In this document: positions 27,480-37,233 of the stretch, in pieces
How positions within the stretch are numbered: position 1 is the stretch's first letter
Layout of the letters: each line of letters begins with the position of its first letter
Virus record (IMG/VR): IMGVR_UViG_3300044709_000184
Coordinates: 37,925-101,924 of that record
Strand: one strand, 5' to 3'
Length of the DNA: 64,000 nt
From: a virus
Taxonomy: Duplodnaviria; Caudoviricetes
Made by a program: the position numbers and the translations under genes
Notes under the pieces: model-generated
What the model was told of the DNA's origin: nothing
Database searches by the model: none
The model's input: the letters and a program-made list of their open reading frames with translations, nothing else

Positions 27480-27646
27480 GGCTGGGCACCCGAGCAGGTC
27501 CAGCCCGGCCGGCCGCCGTACACGACCTCGGTGTGCCCGCCCCGGGCCCGGCATTGGGAGTCGGTCCACCGGTACACCAGCGCTGAGATCAGGCAGCCCA
27601 CGGCCAGGACGGCCACGAGGAATGCCACCTGCCGCCAGCCCCTCAC
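27476..27646 (-). CDS. Small membrane-anchored protein with a Cys pair
   Basis: TM helix then C..RGG...WTC. Confidence 0.45.
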   Translation of the reverse strand: MRGWRQVAFLVAVLAVGCLISALVYRWTDSQCRARGGHTEVVYGGRPGWTCSGAQP

Positions 27647-28455
27647 TGCTGCCACCACCGCTGGTACGGGGCCGGGTCTTCGACCATGTCGACGTCGACC
27701 GGGGAGGCGTGCACGAAGTGCTTCAAATACACGTGCTCCACGACGTACTCGGGCCCGTACCGGGCGAGCAGCTCCCCGTAGGCGCGCCAGTGCGCCCCCA
27801 TGTCGGCGGGCAGATCGGTCAACGCGTAGGCCTCAGCCCCGTTGGTGGCCTTGGAGACGAACTGGGCGGCTGAGCGGTACGGGAAGTGGCGCAGCTGCAG
27901 GGCGTCGCTGCCCAGTCCGGCCATCACGTCGTGGGGCAGGTCGACGCTGTGGTTGCCTTGCCGAAGCCGGGCTCCGGGCCGCCACCGGAACGCCACCTTT
28001 CCCAGCTCGGCCGGCTCGCGGGTGCGCCACACCATCGACCGGAACGGGTCCGGGTCGTCGACGTCGATGGAGGTGCGGAAGTGGTTGTACAGGGCGGCCT
28101 GACAGACGTTGACCCGGAGCCCGGCCAGCACGTCACGGATCGGCCCGTGCGGGGAGTACCACAGCTCGTCGGCGTCGAACGGCACGATCCACAGGTCGCC
28201 GTCGTGTTCGGCGGCGGCCCGGTTGGCCAGGGCGGTCATCTTGTCGGCCTGGTAGTAGGCCGGGTCGAGGTCGTCGAGCACGGTGACCGGCACCGGCAGG
28301 TCAACGGCGGCCTTGGCGAGCAGGTCCCGGGTCCCGTCGATCGACCGGTTGTCCGCGACGTACAGGGCGTCGACCTCGCCGGCCAGGTGGGCCAAGGTCC
28401 CGGCGATCACGTCGGCCTCGTCCCGGACCATGGAGATCCCCACCACGGCGGTCAT
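27643..28455 (-). CDS. GT2-family glycosyltransferase
   Basis: SMVRDEAD, ADNRSIDGT, WIVPFDADE, QGNH, LRHFPYRS. Confidence 0.88.
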   Translation of the reverse strand: MTAVVGISMVRDEADVIAGTLAHLAGEVDALYVADNRSIDGTRDLLAKAAVDLPVPVTVLDDLDPAYYQADKMTALANRAAAEHDGDLWIVPFDADELWYSPHGPIRDVLAGLRVNVCQAALYNHFRTSIDVDDPDPFRSMVWRTREPAELGKVAFRWRPGARLRQGNHSVDLPHDVMAGLGSDALQLRHFPYRSAAQFVSKATNGAEAYALTDLPADMGAHWRAYGELLARYGPEYVVEHVYLKHFVHASPVDVDMVEDPAPYQRWWQQ

Positions 28456-28811
28456 CGGGTGGGCCGCTGCAGCTGCTGGGGCATCGGCCGGGCGGCCAGG
28501 CGGAGCATCTGTTCACGGTTGCGGCGCCCGCTGATACGGCGGGCCACGACCGTCACCGCGGCGCACCCGACCCACGCCGCCCCGGTCACGTAGTGGACCA
28601 GGCCGGCGCCGATGGCTGCCCGGACGACGTCCATGACGGCGATGGTCAGACATATCCAGACCAGCAGCAGCGGCGGCCAGCCTGGCACCCCGACCGGGCG
28701 GTGCCACATCAGCCACACGATGTAGGCCACAAACCCGACCATGACCGCGGTGGTGGTGACGTCGAGGACCTGCCCGACGAGGAGCAGCTCAGCCGGTGAC
28801 GGGGCGGTCAC
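28452..28811 (-). CDS. Three-TM membrane protein
   Basis: Three hydrophobic segments; coupled. Confidence 0.55.
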   Translation of the reverse strand: MTAPSPAELLLVGQVLDVTTTAVMVGFVAYIVWLMWHRPVGVPGWPPLLLVWICLTIAVMDVVRAAIGAGLVHYVTGAAWVGCAAVTVVARRISGRRNREQMLRLAARPMPQQLQRPTR

Positions 28812-29359
28812 GTGGACTCCTTCCGGGCGGAGCGGATGGCCAGCTCCGCCATGTCGCTGAACAGCCGGCTAGCCTGGCGCAGCTCAACCGACCGGCCGAC
28901 GTACAGCCACTGGGGCAGCGGCTGGCCGTCGTGGCCGACCCCGGTGAGGATCACCCCGGGCCGGACCAGGCCTGTGTCGCCGAGCGGCACGGCGGCGGCC
29001 TGCACGACCAGCTGGAGCATCAGGGCGTCCCCCGGATTGCTGCCGATCTTGAACGGGTTGTCGGCCAGGGGCGCGTCGATGAACTCGAGGGTCGGCATGT
29101 GCCGTTCGGCGGCCCTCGCTTCCAGGGCGTCGAGCACGGCCTTGGCCGGGTCGCACAGGTAGCGGGGGTCGTGGGCGGCGTCGCAGTGCCTGCAGTTGAT
29201 CGACGTCAACCCCACCGTGTCTTCGCCCCCGCTGGCCAGGATCGTGTCGGCATATGCGTCGCAGGGCACCTCGGTCAGCATCTCCACCGCAGCCAGCAAC
29301 GTGGCAACGACCTTTCCATGGCTGTCGGCGGGCAGGTCGGAACGCACCCGGATCGACAC
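28808..29359 (-). CDS. Hypothetical protein (start uncertain)
   Basis: Globular C-terminal part of track ORF 28808..30034; CRHC...H...C. Confidence 0.5.
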   Translation of the reverse strand: MSIRVRSDLPADSHGKVVATLLAAVEMLTEVPCDAYADTILASGGEDTVGLTSINCRHCDAAHDPRYLCDPAKAVLDALEARAAERHMPTLEFIDAPLADNPFKIGSNPGDALMLQLVVQAAAVPLGDTGLVRPGVILTGVGHDGQPLPQWLYVGRSVELRQASRLFSDMAELAIRSARKEST

Positions 29360-29411
29360 ATCACCATCACCCGTTTGGGGACTGGAGACGCTGATCGTGA
29401 TGTCGTAGCTG

Positions 29412-30038
29412 TCAGCGTCGGGCGTCGAACAGGACCGGGTGCACGACCGGCCACGGCTCGGCCAGGGGGGTGGCGAACAGCCCAGGGAAGTTCTGCGGGA
29501 AGCGCGTTGCGAAGAGCAGGTTCTGCCGGTACCAGTTTTCGACACGGTCGTCACCCCAGATGTGCCAGCGCAGCGCCCCCGACACCGCGTACCCATTGGC
29601 CCGGAACTTCTCCACCCAGTAGGCCGGCCACTGCTCATTGACGTGGCCGGTGCCGCCCTGCCCCGGGATGGCAGCCGAGAACAGGACGACCGGGGCGACC
29701 GCGCACAGGTCTTCGACGAAGCTGTCGGCCCGCTTCTCGGCCAAGTGCTCGGCGACCTCGAGCGCGATGGCCAGATCGACCTGGTACATGCCGCCGAAGG
29801 TGTAGCGCAGATCCCAGGCGACGAAACGGGCGTCGAGGGCGCCTCCCCCGCCGGGGCCGTCCAGGCCGAGCACCTCGCAGCCGCCCAGGTCGGCGAAGGC
29901 CTTCGCCCACCAGCCTTCCCCGCAGCCCACGTCGAGGACCGTGTAGGGGTGGAAGTGGTCCAGCACCAGCGGCACCACCACCGCGGCGGAGGCCTGACAG
30001 CCGGCCCGGATCGTGTCGAAGAAGGCGGCGTCATACAC
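29412..30038 (-). CDS. Class I SAM-dependent methyltransferase
   Basis: VLDVGCGEG, DLAIALEVAEHL, FSAAIPGQGGTGHVNEQ. Confidence 0.88.
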   Translation of the reverse strand: MYDAAFFDTIRAGCQASAAVVVPLVLDHFHPYTVLDVGCGEGWWAKAFADLGGCEVLGLDGPGGGGALDARFVAWDLRYTFGGMYQVDLAIALEVAEHLAEKRADSFVEDLCAVAPVVLFSAAIPGQGGTGHVNEQWPAYWVEKFRANGYAVSGALRWHIWGDDRVENWYRQNLLFATRFPQNFPGLFATPLAEPWPVVHPVLFDARR

Positions 30039-30762
30039 GGCGGGCCTCCACCAGTGCCCGCACCGCGGCCGGGCCCTGGGCGGCGGCGTCGCGGTACTGG
30101 GCCAGGATCGAGAACTGTTCAGCGTAGCCGGGATGCCCCGGCCTCGACTGGGGCAGCCGCGGATGCCACAGGTGGACCATCTTCCCTGGCAGCTGCCGGG
30201 TCGGGGCAACGATCGCGTCGCAGGCGTAGCGGAACGCGGCGTCGTCGCCGCCCCACACCCCGAACCGTTCGTCGAACCCGCCGGCCTGCTCCCAGGTGGC
30301 CCGGGAGAACACGACCACGTTGCCGGAGCCGCCTAGCCCGTGCTCGTCGAAGGCCGCCTCACGCAGCCCGAACGGGTCGACCAGGTCGGCCAGAATCCAC
30401 CGTGTTGGGTCTTCGCTCGCGTACAGGTACTGGCTGTGGGGGATGACCAGCCCGTCAGACCCGCCGGCCAGGTCGACGGCGTCGCGGAGCCGGTTCAGTG
30501 GCACCAGACTGTCCGGGTCGGTTTGCACGATCACCTTCGCGTTGGTGCGGCCGATCGCGGTGTTGATGGCCGACGCCCGGCCAAACGTGGCGTCGTCTTC
30601 GCCGCCCTCGACGATGATCGGCCAGTCCAGGTCGGTGTACCAGCGGGTGACGTAGTCGAAGGCCCGGCCCCGGTGGGGGCAGCCGGTGCGGGTCTCACCG
30701 TCGGCCCACAGGTATGTCCCCATCGGCCGGTAGGCGATCACGACCGCCGCGTCAGTAGCCAT
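30031..30762 (-). CDS. GT-A glycosyltransferase (GT7 C-terminal-like)
   Basis: FGRASAIN, QTDPD, GGFDERFGVWGGDD, HLWH. Confidence 0.85.
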   Translation of the reverse strand: MATDAAVVIAYRPMGTYLWADGETRTGCPHRGRAFDYVTRWYTDLDWPIIVEGGEDDATFGRASAINTAIGRTNAKVIVQTDPDSLVPLNRLRDAVDLAGGSDGLVIPHSQYLYASEDPTRWILADLVDPFGLREAAFDEHGLGGSGNVVVFSRATWEQAGGFDERFGVWGGDDAAFRYACDAIVAPTRQLPGKMVHLWHPRLPQSRPGHPGYAEQFSILAQYRDAAAQGPAAVRALVEARRV

Positions 30763-31537
30763 GCCCGCTCCTCGTCTCGCCGATGTGCTCGACCCACGGG
30801 CCGTCGTCGTGGCGGCCCCAGTACCCGAACCGGACGTCGCGGGGTGCTACTCCGGGCAGGCCCTGGGCGAGCAGGTCGAGGGTGAACCGGCCCTCCGACT
30901 GGGGAAGGTTGGGCCATGACCGGCGGCACACGTCCCGGTGGTACAACGATGGGTTGGTCGTCCAGAACAGCCGGTGCTCCAGCCATGCCCGGCCGGCCCG
31001 GTCGCTGGCCGGCTGGTAGGCGTCGGGCTGGCGGGCGATCAGCCCACCCGCGGCCCGCTCCTCGTCGTTCCAGGCCTGCCGGACCAAAGCCATCTGGGCC
31101 AGGTAGGGCCGGGTGTCCATGACGGCGGCCAGCTCACCCAGGTCGACCCGGCGGCGCAGGGTGAAGTCCTGCTCCAGGTGGAACACGTAGTCCACTGTGG
31201 AGTGTTCGGCGAGGCGGGCCCAGCAGGCCCGGATGGCCCCGCCGAAGCCTTGCCGGTGCCCGGCGTCGAAGTGCCGGAACGTCGGGTACCGGCGGGCCAG
31301 CGAGTCGCGGTACACGTAGTCGCCGGTGTCGTCGTACATCCACCATTCGGTGATCGGCCCCGACAGGTGGGCCATGGCCGACCGGACCGTATGGAGCAGG
31401 TACTCGTCGCGGCCGTCGGTGACGACCAGCACCGCGATCCGGACCTCCGGCCGGCTGGTGGTGGCTTTGGTGCCCTGCTCGAACGCGGCCTGGACGGCCC
31501 CGGCCGGCTCGTCGTCCTCGTAGAAGTCGCCGCTCAT
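30752..31537 (-). CDS. GT2-like glycosyltransferase
   Basis: VVTDGRDEYL, YDDTGD, YVFHLEQDF, WTTNPSLY, VEHIG. Confidence 0.78.
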   Translation of the reverse strand: MSGDFYEDDEPAGAVQAAFEQGTKATTSRPEVRIAVLVVTDGRDEYLLHTVRSAMAHLSGPITEWWMYDDTGDYVYRDSLARRYPTFRHFDAGHRQGFGGAIRACWARLAEHSTVDYVFHLEQDFTLRRRVDLGELAAVMDTRPYLAQMALVRQAWNDEERAAGGLIARQPDAYQPASDRAGRAWLEHRLFWTTNPSLYHRDVCRRSWPNLPQSEGRFTLDLLAQGLPGVAPRDVRFGYWGRHDDGPWVEHIGETRSGHGY

Positions 31538-32179
31538 GCGTGTCCGTCCCAGCGGTGCAGCCTCGGGGGGCGGCGCGGTCGCCGCCGCCGGTGGGTGGGG
31601 TGGGGCCATTCGTTGCGCAGGTGGTAGACCCGCCGCCGGCCCAGGGCCAGGGTGGTGAGCCGGAACCCGCCGCCGAGCGAGCACCTCGGCCGGGGCAGGG
31701 GTGCCCCGTCGTCGCCGTGGGGCATGGCCGCGGGCGTGTCTCCCGGCCGGGCGGGCACCCAGTGATCTGTCACCGTGCCGCGACCGTGTGCTGGTGATGG
31801 AGGTAGCCGGACAGGGTTTCGGCCAGGGGCCGCACCACCCGGCGCAGGTGGCAGACCGTCAGGATCGCCCCCTCAGACGGGGACTGGTCGACGTGTTCCC
31901 AGCCGGCCAGGATCGGCCAGCCACACCGGTCACAGTCCCGGTCACACCACAGGCACGGGGTCACTGCGCCTCGCCGGTCAGGATCGTGACGCGGTGTTCG
32001 GTGATGCCGGTGGCGACGTCGAACCAGCCCTCATCCCGCATCACCACGTCGTGGGCTGTCCCGGGGCGGGTGAGGTGCCGCCAGCCGTACCCGCCGACGA
32101 CCGGCACCAGCGCGATGTGGCCCCAGCACTGCCGGCACATGGTCGGGGGCCGGTAGTCGGCGGGCGGCTGGTGGGTCAC
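31534..32179 (-). CDS. Three small coupled hypothetical ORFs (31534-31773, 31770-31964, 31961-32179)
   Basis: Consecutive GTGA/ATGA overlaps; CxxC motifs in two of them. Confidence 0.45.
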
Positions 32180-32790
32180 GGCACCGGTACCCCGTTGGCG
32201 CGGGCGATGGCCCGGTGGGCTTCGAGGCGGGCCTCGCCGACCATGGCCCGGTTACGTGACCGCTGCCGCACATGGGCCCGGTACACAGCGGCCGGGACCG
32301 CTTCGAAGGTGGCGCCGGCCAGGTGGCAGCGCAGCCACAGGTCCCAGTCCTCTGACCACGGGAAGTCACGCCAGCCGCCCACCGTGTGGACCAGCTCGGT
32401 GCGCACGGCGGCGCCGACCACCAGCCAGTTCCCGTACGGCAGGCACGCCGCGGCGCAGTCGTGGTCGTGGCCGGCGACCCGCGGCATGGCCACCCGGGCG
32501 GCCCGGTCACCGAAGCCGCGCACGTACCGCACCGACGGGGCCCGCACATCAGCGGTCGCGGCGGCCATGGCCTGGACGTAGCCGGCCTCGAGTTCGTCGT
32601 CGGCGTCGAGGTGGATGACCCATTCGGTGGTGACCTGGGCCAGGGCCCCGTTGCGGGCGTCGTGGAGGGTGCCGGCGTGGTGATGGACGACCGGCACGCC
32701 CAGGGCCCGGGCCGACGGTATTGCCCGGGTGCGGGCCAGCTGCTCCCATTCGGGGGTGCCGAACGTGGCGACGGCGACGGTCACCTCCAC
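32176..32790 (-). CDS. GT2-family glycosyltransferase
   Basis: ARNGAL, WVIHLDADD, VGGW, EDWDLWLR. Confidence 0.88.
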   Translation of the reverse strand: MEVTVAVATFGTPEWEQLARTRAIPSARALGVPVVHHHAGTLHDARNGALAQVTTEWVIHLDADDELEAGYVQAMAAATADVRAPSVRYVRGFGDRAARVAMPRVAGHDHDCAAACLPYGNWLVVGAAVRTELVHTVGGWRDFPWSEDWDLWLRCHLAGATFEAVPAAVYRAHVRQRSRNRAMVGEARLEAHRAIARANGVPVP

Positions 32791-33446
32791 CGGTACCGCC
32801 GCCGGTTGAACAGCCGCCGCCCGGCGGCCATGCGTCGCTGCTGGTCGCGGTAGGTGGCGTCGAGGGGCACCTCAGGATGCCAGTTGGGGTGCAGGTGCTC
32901 GACCCGGGCGTCGAGGGCCATGACGAAGGCCTGGCGGTGTTTGGCGGTGCCAACCAGCTCGTCGTCGACGAACTCGTGCGGGTAGCACTCGGCCAGCACC
33001 TGGCCGGGGCCGTCGATGGTGCCGTACCGGTCGACGTAGTCGCGGGTCACCAGCGAATGGGTCGAGTGTTGCCCGGCGGTGACGCGGGGGTTGCCCAGGT
33101 CGTTGGTGCCGATCACCCCGGCCCCCGCCACGGTGAGGGCCCGCCGGCAGGCGTCGAGCCAGCCCGGGTGGAAATGCAGGTCCGACGCCCCGAGGAAGAT
33201 CAGCGGTTCGGTGGTGGCCCGGTACCCGGCGTTGATCTTCCGGGCGTAGTCGCCGATCGGGACCCGGCCGACCAGCATCATGTCGGCGCCGACGGCCCGG
33301 ACCTCGGCCAGCACGTCGACGTCGTTGTGGTGGCACACGAACAGGGCCCGGGCCTGGTCGGTGGACTCTGCCAGCGACGCCAGCAAGGGCCGCACCCGGT
33401 GGGCGCGGCCCAGCATGGGCACCAACACAACGACGTCGACGGTCAC
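32781..33446 (-). CDS. GT2-like glycosyltransferase
   Basis: VLVPMLGR, YARKINAG, IFLGASDL, FVDDEL, VEHLHP. Confidence 0.8.
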   Translation of the reverse strand: MTVDVVVLVPMLGRAHRVRPLLASLAESTDQARALFVCHHNDVDVLAEVRAVGADMMLVGRVPIGDYARKINAGYRATTEPLIFLGASDLHFHPGWLDACRRALTVAGAGVIGTNDLGNPRVTAGQHSTHSLVTRDYVDRYGTIDGPGQVLAECYPHEFVDDELVGTAKHRQAFVMALDARVEHLHPNWHPEVPLDATYRDQQRRMAAGRRLFNRRRYRWR

Positions 33447-33462
33447 GCCAACCCGGACCCGA

Positions 33463-33612
33463 TCATTTGCCGACGGCCTCGTACCGGGCGCCGGGGACCT
33501 TCCCCGCGGCGATGCGGGCCGCGACGGCGGACTGTTTGGTCTCCGTCCAGCCGTTGGGGTGGGCCTCGTCGGCCGGGTAGGTCACCACCCATTTGGTTCT
33601 GCAGCTACACAC
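33463..33612 (-). CDS. Small CxC protein following the protease
   Basis: MCSCRTKWVVTYP...; GGAGG RBS; overlaps the protease stop. Confidence 0.5.
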   Translation of the reverse strand: MCSCRTKWVVTYPADEAHPNGWTETKQSAVAARIAAGKVPGARYEAVGK

Positions 33613-36109
33613 GGGCCACCTCCGCTTCGATCTGGCGGGCCAGGCCGGCCGCGACCCGGGCCCGCTCATCGGCGTCGACGTGGGCCAGGGCGGCCTCGAC
33701 CTCGGCCATCAGCGCGGCTGCTGTGTCGGCCTCGGCCGCGTCGACGCCCGGCTGGGTGGGGGCCGGTTCGGCCTGCCCGCCGCCCAACGGGATGTCGTGG
33801 TTCGACCCGGCGAACGCGACCCGGAGCCGGTCGAAGGTGACCGGCCCGGTCCGGTCGGCCAGGGCACCCACCAGCGACAGGTCATCGGTGTAGGCCAGGG
33901 TCACGTGCGGCACGAACGGCTGGTGTTGGGCCGGGAACCCGTACACGGCCTTGACGACGTCGTGGACCTGCTGGTGGGCGGCGGCGAGCTGCTCACCGGA
34001 GACACCCATGACGATGCAGGGGTCCTTGCCGTCGGTGTTCGGGTTGAACGCGTTGATGGAGAAGCCGTCACCGGTGATGGCCAGGTCACCTTCGGCGGCG
34101 GTGTGCCACTCGGCGGCCAGGGCGGTCAAACCGTCGATGATGGCCTGCCGGCTGGCGGCGTTGATGTCGGCGGCCTCACCCAGGTAGACGAGGGTGAGGT
34201 GGAGCTGGTCGGCTGGTTCGCCCCCGTCGACGGCCAGGCGGGCCGCGTCGTCGTCGGTCATCCGCAGGGCGACCATGGCCCCGGTCTGCTCGACCGGCAT
34301 GGGCATGTCCTCACAGCCCGGCTCGCCCGGCGGGCAGTCCGGTGCTGGGGGCTGCTGGTCCGGGGGCGGGGTCTGCTGGTCGGCGGCGGTGACCACCCCA
34401 GCGGACAGGCCGCCCTTAAACGCGGCCCGCAGCTGGTCGAGGACCGAGTTGAACATGGCGGCCAACCCGGCCAACGTCGGCGGCTCGACCCGGGCCGGGG
34501 TGAGCAGCTCGGCCGGGGGGACAGCCCCGGCGGCGATCAGCGAGTGTTGGCGGCCGTCGCGGAGCACGGTCTGCGGGATGGGGAAGCCGGGCTCTTCGCG
34601 GGTCAGGGCGAGCAGCTCCACCATCTCGAGGTGCCCGGCGTAGTCACGCCAGTCGCCCGACACCCGCTGGCGGGCCAGCACGGCCAGGTCGTCGACGGTG
34701 GCGTCGTCGGCGACGATGCCCTGTACCCACACCCCGACCCCCGGGTATTCGGTGGCCCGCACGTGGGCCAGGGTCCGCATCCGGTCGTGGTGGGCGATGG
34801 TTTCGGACAGGCCGTAGTCGCGGCAGGCGTGGTCGTCGTTGCGGCGGCAGGCCAGGTGCGAGCACCCGGACCCGACCCGGCCCAGGCCGGTGGTGATGCG
34901 CCCCACCCCGAGCAGCCCGGCGGTGGTTTGCATCGGGTACCGGTGGAACAGGGCGTAGTCGACGTGGGCGGCCGGGACCTGGATGCACACGTCCCGGAAA
35001 CCGACGTGGCAGGCCCCGAACGGGGCCATGTACCCGGCGACCCGCCGGAACGTCTCACCGGGCCGGGCCGCGGCCACGGTGACGAGCTGGTAGGCGGGGG
35101 CGTCGGCCGGGCCGGTGAACACGTCATCGGGTAGCACCGCCGCCGCGGTCAGCGCAGCTAGCCGCGACGCCGACCCGGCCGAGGTGGGGCAGTCGGGCCA
35201 GTCGGGGAACTTGGCCTGGATCTGCCCGTACAGGGTGCAGATCTTCGACTTGATGCGGGTCTTCTCATCGGCCGGGATGTTGGCCGCGTCGACGCCGTGG
35301 CCGCCGGCGCTGGCCGCCACACCCCGCGGGATGATGCGCAGCTCACCGTCGACCACGTCGGCGTAGCCGAGCTTGTAGGCCGTCTTGGTGGCCGGGTCGG
35401 CGTCGGGGTTGCGGTACAGGAACGCCTTCGCCACCGCGGCCGTGTCGACGGTGCCGTCGGCGGCGGTGTACTTGTCGAAGACCCGGCCCATGGCGGCGGG
35501 CCCGTCCCACGCCGTCTCGCGGTCGGCGATGGGCAGGTCGGTGGCGCCGGTGACCGCCGCGACCAGCGACGGCTCCTGGGTCTGGTCGACGGCGGGGAGC
35601 AGCTGGAACGGGCGGGCCTCCACGAACGCGGGGATCGGCACCAGCGTGGCGGCGGCGATCTCGTAGTCGGTGAAAAGCATCTCGATCGGGGCCGGCTCGC
35701 CGGTTTCCATCTCCTGCCTGATCAGGTCTTCCCAGTCGGCGTCGGTCAGCGGGGTGTCGGAGCCCTCCCGCACGAACACCATGTCCGCGGCGCCGGCGTC
35801 GACGCTGGGCCCGATGACCTTCTTGTCGGTCAACAACATGGCTTCGGCCACGTCCTGGGACAGGCGGGGCAGGTTGGGTTGGTCGTCGAACAGCTCACCC
35901 TCAGCCCATACCTGGCCCGACGCTTCGTCGATGTCGAGGGTGTCGACCAGGCCGACGACGACCGACGTGTCGTGGCCGGACTCGTCCTGGCGCTGCCACT
36001 TCAACGGCAGCGGTAGCGGCCGGGCCCGGAAGGCGCCCTTGGCCATACGCCGACCGTCGCCGGTCGGCTGATCGATCGGCGCGAGCATGCCGCGCCACCG
36101 CGTACCCAT
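33605..36109 (-). CDS. Capsid maturation protease polyprotein with C-terminal 2H phosphoesterase (Acb1-like) domain
   Basis: N-terminal TGDGR...GH...VVG...GPSVD...AATLVPIPAF protease domain; two internal domains; C-terminal LHLTLVYLG...FVPHVTLAY (two HxT motifs). Confidence 0.82.
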   Translation of the reverse strand: MGTRWRGMLAPIDQPTGDGRRMAKGAFRARPLPLPLKWQRQDESGHDTSVVVGLVDTLDIDEASGQVWAEGELFDDQPNLPRLSQDVAEAMLLTDKKVIGPSVDAGAADMVFVREGSDTPLTDADWEDLIRQEMETGEPAPIEMLFTDYEIAAATLVPIPAFVEARPFQLLPAVDQTQEPSLVAAVTGATDLPIADRETAWDGPAAMGRVFDKYTAADGTVDTAAVAKAFLYRNPDADPATKTAYKLGYADVVDGELRIIPRGVAASAGGHGVDAANIPADEKTRIKSKICTLYGQIQAKFPDWPDCPTSAGSASRLAALTAAAVLPDDVFTGPADAPAYQLVTVAAARPGETFRRVAGYMAPFGACHVGFRDVCIQVPAAHVDYALFHRYPMQTTAGLLGVGRITTGLGRVGSGCSHLACRRNDDHACRDYGLSETIAHHDRMRTLAHVRATEYPGVGVWVQGIVADDATVDDLAVLARQRVSGDWRDYAGHLEMVELLALTREEPGFPIPQTVLRDGRQHSLIAAGAVPPAELLTPARVEPPTLAGLAAMFNSVLDQLRAAFKGGLSAGVVTAADQQTPPPDQQPPAPDCPPGEPGCEDMPMPVEQTGAMVALRMTDDDAARLAVDGGEPADQLHLTLVYLGEAADINAASRQAIIDGLTALAAEWHTAAEGDLAITGDGFSINAFNPNTDGKDPCIVMGVSGEQLAAAHQQVHDVVKAVYGFPAQHQPFVPHVTLAYTDDLSLVGALADRTGPVTFDRLRVAFAGSNHDIPLGGGQAEPAPTQPGVDAAEADTAAALMAEVEAALAHVDADERARVAAGLARQIEAEVARV

Positions 36110-36121
36110 CAGTTGTGCTCC

Positions 36122-36970
36122 TTACGTGACCTGCGCGATTTGCTTGGCCCACCAGGCATCGGCGTCCTTGAAGCCCCGCCCGGTCATGTCGGTGGTCTCG
36201 CCCGGCCGCTCCAGCAAGGTCGTGCACCGGCACTGGATGACGTTCGACGGCGACCCGGTCGGGTCGCCGGGGCGCATGAGGTGTTCACCGTCGACGAGGA
36301 ACGGGGTGCCCAGCGGCACCCGCTGCCCGTCGGCGGCGAGGTGGGCCGGGCGGACCCGACTGTCCAATGTGGCCAGCCAGGTCTGTTCGAACTCGCCGCC
36401 CAACGTGTCGGCCACCGCGGCGAAGGCGTCGGAGCGGCCGAAGTTCAGGGCACCCAACGTTTCGGTGCGGGCCACCACCACGGCCCGGTTGCGCCAGGTC
36501 GGGGTGGCGGTGGCGGTGAGGACCTCGTCGACGCGGTCGGCGATGGCCGGGATGGACTCACCGGCCGCGGCGCCGGCGGCGACCTGGGACGCGACGGCGT
36601 CGTATACCTGCTCCGGGGTGTTGACCATCCGGTTGTGGACCTCACCCAGGTAGGTCGTGACGGCCGGGCGGTGATCGAACAGGTAGTCCGGGCCGAACAG
36701 CTGGGCGTAGGGCAGGCCGACCGCGTCGCGGATGGAGCCGTACACGACGCCGTCCATCAGCGACGACCATTCCGGGGCGTGGGCCCAGACGGCGTTCGGG
36801 TCGGGTCGGTCGCTGGCCAGCACACCGCGGTGGACCTCGACCAGCCACTGCGACAGCGACGACCACCACGACCGGTAGACCCGCCGTTCGGCGGCCATCG
36901 CGTCGATTTCGTGGGCGATGCGGGCCGGCAGGTACGGGTCGACGCCGGTGCCGTCCCAGGGTTGGCTCAT
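36122..36970 (-). CDS. MuF-like minor capsid/head morphogenesis protein
   Basis: RAVVVARTE, WLATLDSRVRPAH, DGQRV, PGDP...NVIQCRC. Confidence 0.88.
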   Translation of the reverse strand: MSQPWDGTGVDPYLPARIAHEIDAMAAERRVYRSWWSSLSQWLVEVHRGVLASDRPDPNAVWAHAPEWSSLMDGVVYGSIRDAVGLPYAQLFGPDYLFDHRPAVTTYLGEVHNRMVNTPEQVYDAVASQVAAGAAAGESIPAIADRVDEVLTATATPTWRNRAVVVARTETLGALNFGRSDAFAAVADTLGGEFEQTWLATLDSRVRPAHLAADGQRVPLGTPFLVDGEHLMRPGDPTGSPSNVIQCRCTTLLERPGETTDMTGRGFKDADAWWAKQIAQVT

Positions 36971-37233
36971 GCGGTCACCTCGATCAGGTGCCACACGTAG
37001 GTGCCGCCGGGTGCGGTGGCGGTGCCCCACACCCGGCACCCTTCGGGCAGGACGTGGCCGGTGCCGGCCACCGTGAACCGGTATGGGCGCAGCGGCACCC
37101 CGTCGCGGTGGATGGCCCAGAACTCGACCACCTCCGGGTCGCGGCAGCCGACGTGGGCGGGGGTGCCGTTGAGTTCGATGACGTGGACCTGGTCGTCGAC
37201 GGGCACCTGGTAGCGGTGGATCCGGGCGCTCAC
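36967..37233 (-). CDS. Conserved small phage protein
   Basis: IHRY...FWA...GTGH...GT...VWHL.E pattern. Confidence 0.6.
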   Translation of the reverse strand: MSARIHRYQVPVDDQVHVIELNGTPAHVGCRDPEVVEFWAIHRDGVPLRPYRFTVAGTGHVLPEGCRVWGTATAPGGTYVWHLIEVTA

